This document shows, one piece after another, positions 49,250 through 54,095 of a DNA stretch of 54,095 nt (positions within the stretch are counted from its first letter, which is position 1; each line of letters opens with the position of its first letter). The stretch is from contig JBHGNT010000199.1 in the NCBI GenBank assembly GCA_043228905.1, positions 1 through 54,095 of the forward strand, in the 5' to 3' direction. The position numbers were made by a program, and so were the translations under genes. The notes below the pieces were generated by a model. It was not told the origin of the DNA. It worked only from the letters and a program-made list of their open reading frames with translations, and ran no database searches. This DNA comes from Azolla caroliniana. Its lineage: Eukaryota > Plantae > Polypodiophyta.

Positions 49250-52249
49250 GGACAGACACCGGATTTAACTCCAACTGCGTTGCATTGCTTTATTTACAGC
49301 CAAAGCCACTTCTTTCCCATCCCAGAAGAGACGGATGGGTACCTACTACCCACTCCCCCCCCCCCCCCAAAAAAAAGAAAAATTAAAAATTAAAAATCGC
49401 TTGCTGCATAATAACATTACATTATGTATTATCATTAAATCAATGAATCTTAGCGACGCTCATCAAACCCTCACACCATGAAGGTCGAAGAAAGTCATGC
49501 GTGCATTTAAAACACAAACACACGAAGGAAAGGAAAGGAAAGGAAAGGCAAGGAATTGTATTTAGGGAGGTAGGGTGAGTTGGGTGGGACCGTGGTGGCA
49601 CTGTCATGCACATACACTCCTTCCCTTAGAGTTTGGATTTATGACCATCCCAATCCAATCCTCCTTTCTTTTCTTTTCTTTTCCTTTCCTTTCCTTTCCT
49701 TTCCTAATGAAAGCTCTTCTCGTCTCATCACTCATCACCCTTTAACAAAATAAACCAACTATCGTTCATTTTGGAATTCCCTCCATTTCCTCGACCACGA
49801 AAGTCGCATAATGTTTGTAACCTTGTGCTTTCAACTCTTACCAGATCATGTACATCAAATGTGTCGCCTTCTTGTCACGAGCTTCTTTCACACCCCACGC
49901 ACGTCTATGTTTAGGTGAAATAAATGTACTCACCAGATAGCATCTTCTATGTCATCATCCTTGTTCATCTGAGTTGTTTTGTCAAAATGATGCTTTCACA
50001 TATCATCTCTTTCCAACCATGCTCTAAATTACGAGCACTTACATGTCTTTTTTGTAGCATTAGTAATGTTATAAGCAAGCATCAATTTGACTATTCATCA
50101 ATTCTAGGAGTAAATCTAAAGATGCGCGCCCCTTTGCAATTGATCTGTCTTTGGCCTGCATTATTTGTGATTGTTATTGCATCTCTTTTTACTTTTATAC
50201 TAAGTTGCTCATAATAAATATCGATGCCATGAATATTTTGGTCAAATCATCCATTCTCAACCTTCAATTTAGGCTCATGTGAGGTAGATAACTTAAGCAA
50301 AATGTGTATTGACTCTTGACCATGCAACCAAACAAACCCCATATGAACTGTAAAGGTTCATTCTTGAGCGCTCATTGACCCAAATCAAGCTTCAAATGCA
50401 ACAAATGAATTATCAATATGGTATGAGCGCTCATTATGGTATGCCTTGATGCGTATCGGCCGATTTCCAACATAAACAATGCATTATATGTTAATGGATT
50501 GCCTTTGTCCATCATATCTACAACATTTCATCTATAGTCCATTTAAGACACGTAAAATTGATGACGTATTGATGGAGCTTATGCAATATGAGTTTGATGT
50601 TTGATGAGCTCCTAGAAATACTAGTTTACGAAGTTTTCTTCCAATAAACCAAGGGTGGGGAAATCAATACCATTTCCTTGGGCGGTGATAATAATGAGCA
50701 AGCAATGTTGACAAATTTTGGTGGATATTTCACAAATAAATAATAGACCGGCAATGTTGTCAAATTTAATAGAGTGAAACTTTGTGGGATAGCCATTCCG
50801 CACATATATTTGTTTATAACTTCTTTGTGGCGTATGTCCACATTTGGAAATTTGTGTAATGATTTATTTTCTTAGATGCGTAAGGATTTGTAGTTTTGCG
50901 TGCTTGATATGCGTATGCACATAAATTATTGGATAAAACATTGGCTCTTTATAATTTATTATTATTATTTAAGTCACACACGAAGACGCAATGTGAGTGT
51001 TCTCATAATAAACTATTATTTTGGAAAAAGTTGGTGGTTGGTGGCATGCTTGTGTCATCGAGTGCATATTGAAATCATGAGTTATTTTTACTCGGAGTTA
51101 TTTTCCTTGTTAACGTGTTATACAACCACATGAAACTCTTTGGTGGGGAATGATTGAACACAACATCAACATACACATTTATCTTTCAATATTGACACTT
51201 GGCCAAATCACGATGATAATATGTCCCAAAGTACACAATCCGTGTCAACATTTATGTTAGTCGCCTTAGTGCATAATATGGGAGAATACATATGAGCTTT
51301 TGGTAGATTGGTTCGAATTTGAAACCAAGTAACGTTGGTGCTAAATTGCAACTTAAAACTTTCATCTTAGAGGGCATGCCATTACTAAGACTCAAGCCTA
51401 TGCCCAACGCAAGAGATTCTTGTTGTCATTAAAGGTTGTAAACTCCACATCAAGATACAAATGAGCATTGTTGTAGACATCAATTCTTAAGAGTAATCAT
51501 TAAGAATGGCAAATGGTGTTTGTTGTGATGTTTTATGTGATTGACTCTATTGAAACAAAGTGGATAATAATCAAGAATGACAAATTGTGATTGTTGTGAT
51601 GTCTCAAGCAAAAGATTTTATTTAAATGAAATAAGCACCAATTTGATACATGTCATATTTATTTGGTCTTGGTTGATAGTTTCATAAAGCAAGAGTTATG
51701 GCCACAAACTATCTATTGGTGAATGTATTTTATGCTCTATGACTTATATATATTATTTACGATTGGTTGGGGTTTATCACCACCATGAATGCATCATTGT
51801 TTTTGGTATTCTTCTTCGTACATTGAATATATATACATACCTGCATGGCTAACATCGTTGACATTTTGACAATGCCAAAATACTATTCTGGATCAAACAT
51901 GTGAACATTGGATAAGGGTGTGCTGCCAAAATTTTTACTTTGGGAAAAAGGTAGTGGGTGGTGTGTGCATATCAATATAATATAATTGAGCATAGGTGGT
52001 AGGTGATTGGACCAAATTTTGTATACCTTAAAGTTTAGACATAACGCTTGGAAAAACTTATTTGAAAGTTTTATAAACCAGATTACAATTACATTTGGCA
52101 TTGTTTTAATTCTTTCTCATTTTGAGCATATAAAAATGGTTTGTTGATTTTGATGGTGTTTGTTCACGTTGTTGGATTTTTTGTTTTCTTTCTTGTTTAG
52201 AAGAATTTTCAGCAATTCCACATTATATTATCCCAACATGATTTGCATT

Positions 52250-54095
52250 TCTCTTCATGTTAGTGTTGTGTTTTAGTATCTTATGATTAAGTTCATTGGG
52301 TTTCCAACTCAAGAGCTACCTTTCTTTTTATAACACGTCCACCTTCCAAATCAAGGGAGTACGTAAAGAATAGAGCATGAAGCTATATAACAACACGAGC
52401 AAGGTTGTTCTTCTAGATGATCCCTTCCTAGTTCCTTCTTCCAAGGAGGGGCCAATGTTTGTGTCTTCGATTTTCCTAGTTAAATACATGTTTCAAGTGT
52501 GTTGACTATGTGCACCAACTTAGAGGTGTTCAAAACTATGAACCACTTAAATTGTCTCCTTTGTACAGAACACTATAAGTTGTCTACCAACATTAAACAT
52601 TGACAAAGCTTACCACCATATTATGGGTCTTTGCTACTTGACTATAAGGTCACTATGTTCATAAAAAGTGTGGACTATATCTAATAGTTTTTCTGTCTTG
52701 ACTCAAGTTCAACATGTCCATACAAATATAAATGATACTCTAAAACACCAAACGGTTGGTTTGTAAGTACTATCCTAATAATCTAAACACAAACGGATTG
52801 CCAATGTTCAATCAACATTGATAATGCTTACTCCCATGATTTGTGTCTTAGCCAAGTTGACTATAATGCGATTATATTCACAAAAAGTATGGATTCTAAA
52901 ATGCCATTTGGTTTTCCCTCGTAATATTCTAATAATCTATAGATGAGTTGTTCTAGTTGGTTACCACATAAAACCAAATAGAGTATATGATAGTGTGCAT
53001 CTTTTGTCACTCCCATGATTAGAAAAACCTTTGTATGCCTTCAAATTGTGTTTCTCTTGATGGTATAACTTGGCCACAAATTCTACAATGCATATTAGTG
53101 CTCAAGTTTTTTTCCATTCTTTACTGTAACATTTCCATTGGGATTGTGTTAAAAGCCTTCTCAAAATCTATCAAGCAGTAATACAAATTGTTGATCTTTA
53201 AGCCTACTCCTTGCATAACTACCCATGGTAAACAATATGATTAATAATGTCATATTTTGGTCGAAAACTTGCTTAGGCCACAACTTTTTTTTGGTGTGTT
53301 TTTCAGCTTATTCATTGATTTAATGATCGATATTGATTAGAAGTATAGCCAAACAATATCTCATGTGATTATGATATACTTGGTGAGTTGATTTTTATTC
53401 CCTTGTCATGTTCCATTCTTGCAAAACTCGAGGAATACCTTGCATTGTTGCATGATTTAACAATGCAAGTATATGTTCTTTAGCCAATGCACCAACCCAT
53501 TTTTGCATTTTTTTCATCATAGATAATAGATATAGTATATATGCATCTTGCCATTTTTAAGTTTATTCGTGCTTTTCATGGCCTCTTTATGCCCAAAAGC
53601 TTCCACGTGCATCGAGGGAAACATGACAAGCACGAGTTATTTGTCCTTAACATTTAAGTATACCATATATGTCAATATTTCACTCAAGGACAAATGGCAC
53701 TTTTACTTCCATGTATTATCCCTTGATAGCTCCATGTCTCTCTTAGATTCTTAAAACGTAATGTTTTGCGTCTCTTCATCAAGTTCACAATGTCTTGGTT
53801 TCTTCCTTTCAAGGATATCGTATTCCCTTGCTACACTTGTCCATGCATGACTTTGATTCTTGGGTGGCCTTATGACTGCATTTGATTAGTGAATTATGTT
53901 CATCATCGGATTTTACATCATAAGGATGCCTTCTTTCTAGTTGTTGTGTTTGAGGTTTATCTTTAGTGGCATACTTTATATAGAGGTAGACATGACTAGT
54001 ACTTGGTCTCACAATAGGATGTTGATCATGGACCAATGTGTATACACTCGCTTTGTTAATTGCTTCTCCTTTCCTACTATTTAGAGTCGATGTTT
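52250..54095 (-). mobile_element. Degenerate RTE-clade LINE remnant
   Basis: Minus-strand fragments ASFRPKY, LYYCLIDFEKAFNTIP and HTFCEYNRIIVNLAKTQIM. The last segment is present twice, at about 52.6 and 52.85 kb. Confidence 0.7.

Noticed and set aside
50200-52200. Possible decayed DNA-transposon (hAT-like) coding remnants
   Set aside because: Resemblance too weak to support without a profile search.

Overview
Eukaryotic land-plant nuclear DNA with spliceosomal introns, Ty1/Copia LTR retrotransposons, RTE-type LINEs and many microsatellites. My impression is a large-genome non-seed plant such as a fern, but the sequence alone does not prove this. Four host genes are well supported. Two are near-identical intronless short-chain dehydrogenase/reductase genes (1333-2175 and 36955-37806, +). 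One is a 12-exon organellar histidyl-tRNA synthetase (28973-17683, -; 536 aa). One is a 15-exon respiratory burst oxidase homologue (47859-41725, -; 1166 aa). The rest is mostly nested, rearranged transposon debris. The most notable observations are: (1) an LTR carrying a long in-phase heat-shock-element array just upstream of its TATA box, like ONSEN; (2) an RBOH N-terminal extension made of three ~52-aa repeats; (3) a tandemly duplicated, still open terminal exon of the HisRS gene; (4) a young but RT-deleted Copia with a 1.55-kb templated duplication and a breakpoint in an LTR hairpin; (5) an orphan transit-peptide-like exon; (6) small MULE and hAT derivatives inside or next to the HisRS gene. 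All exon coordinates were derived by hand from splice signals, reading-frame phase and recalled family motifs. No database search was run.
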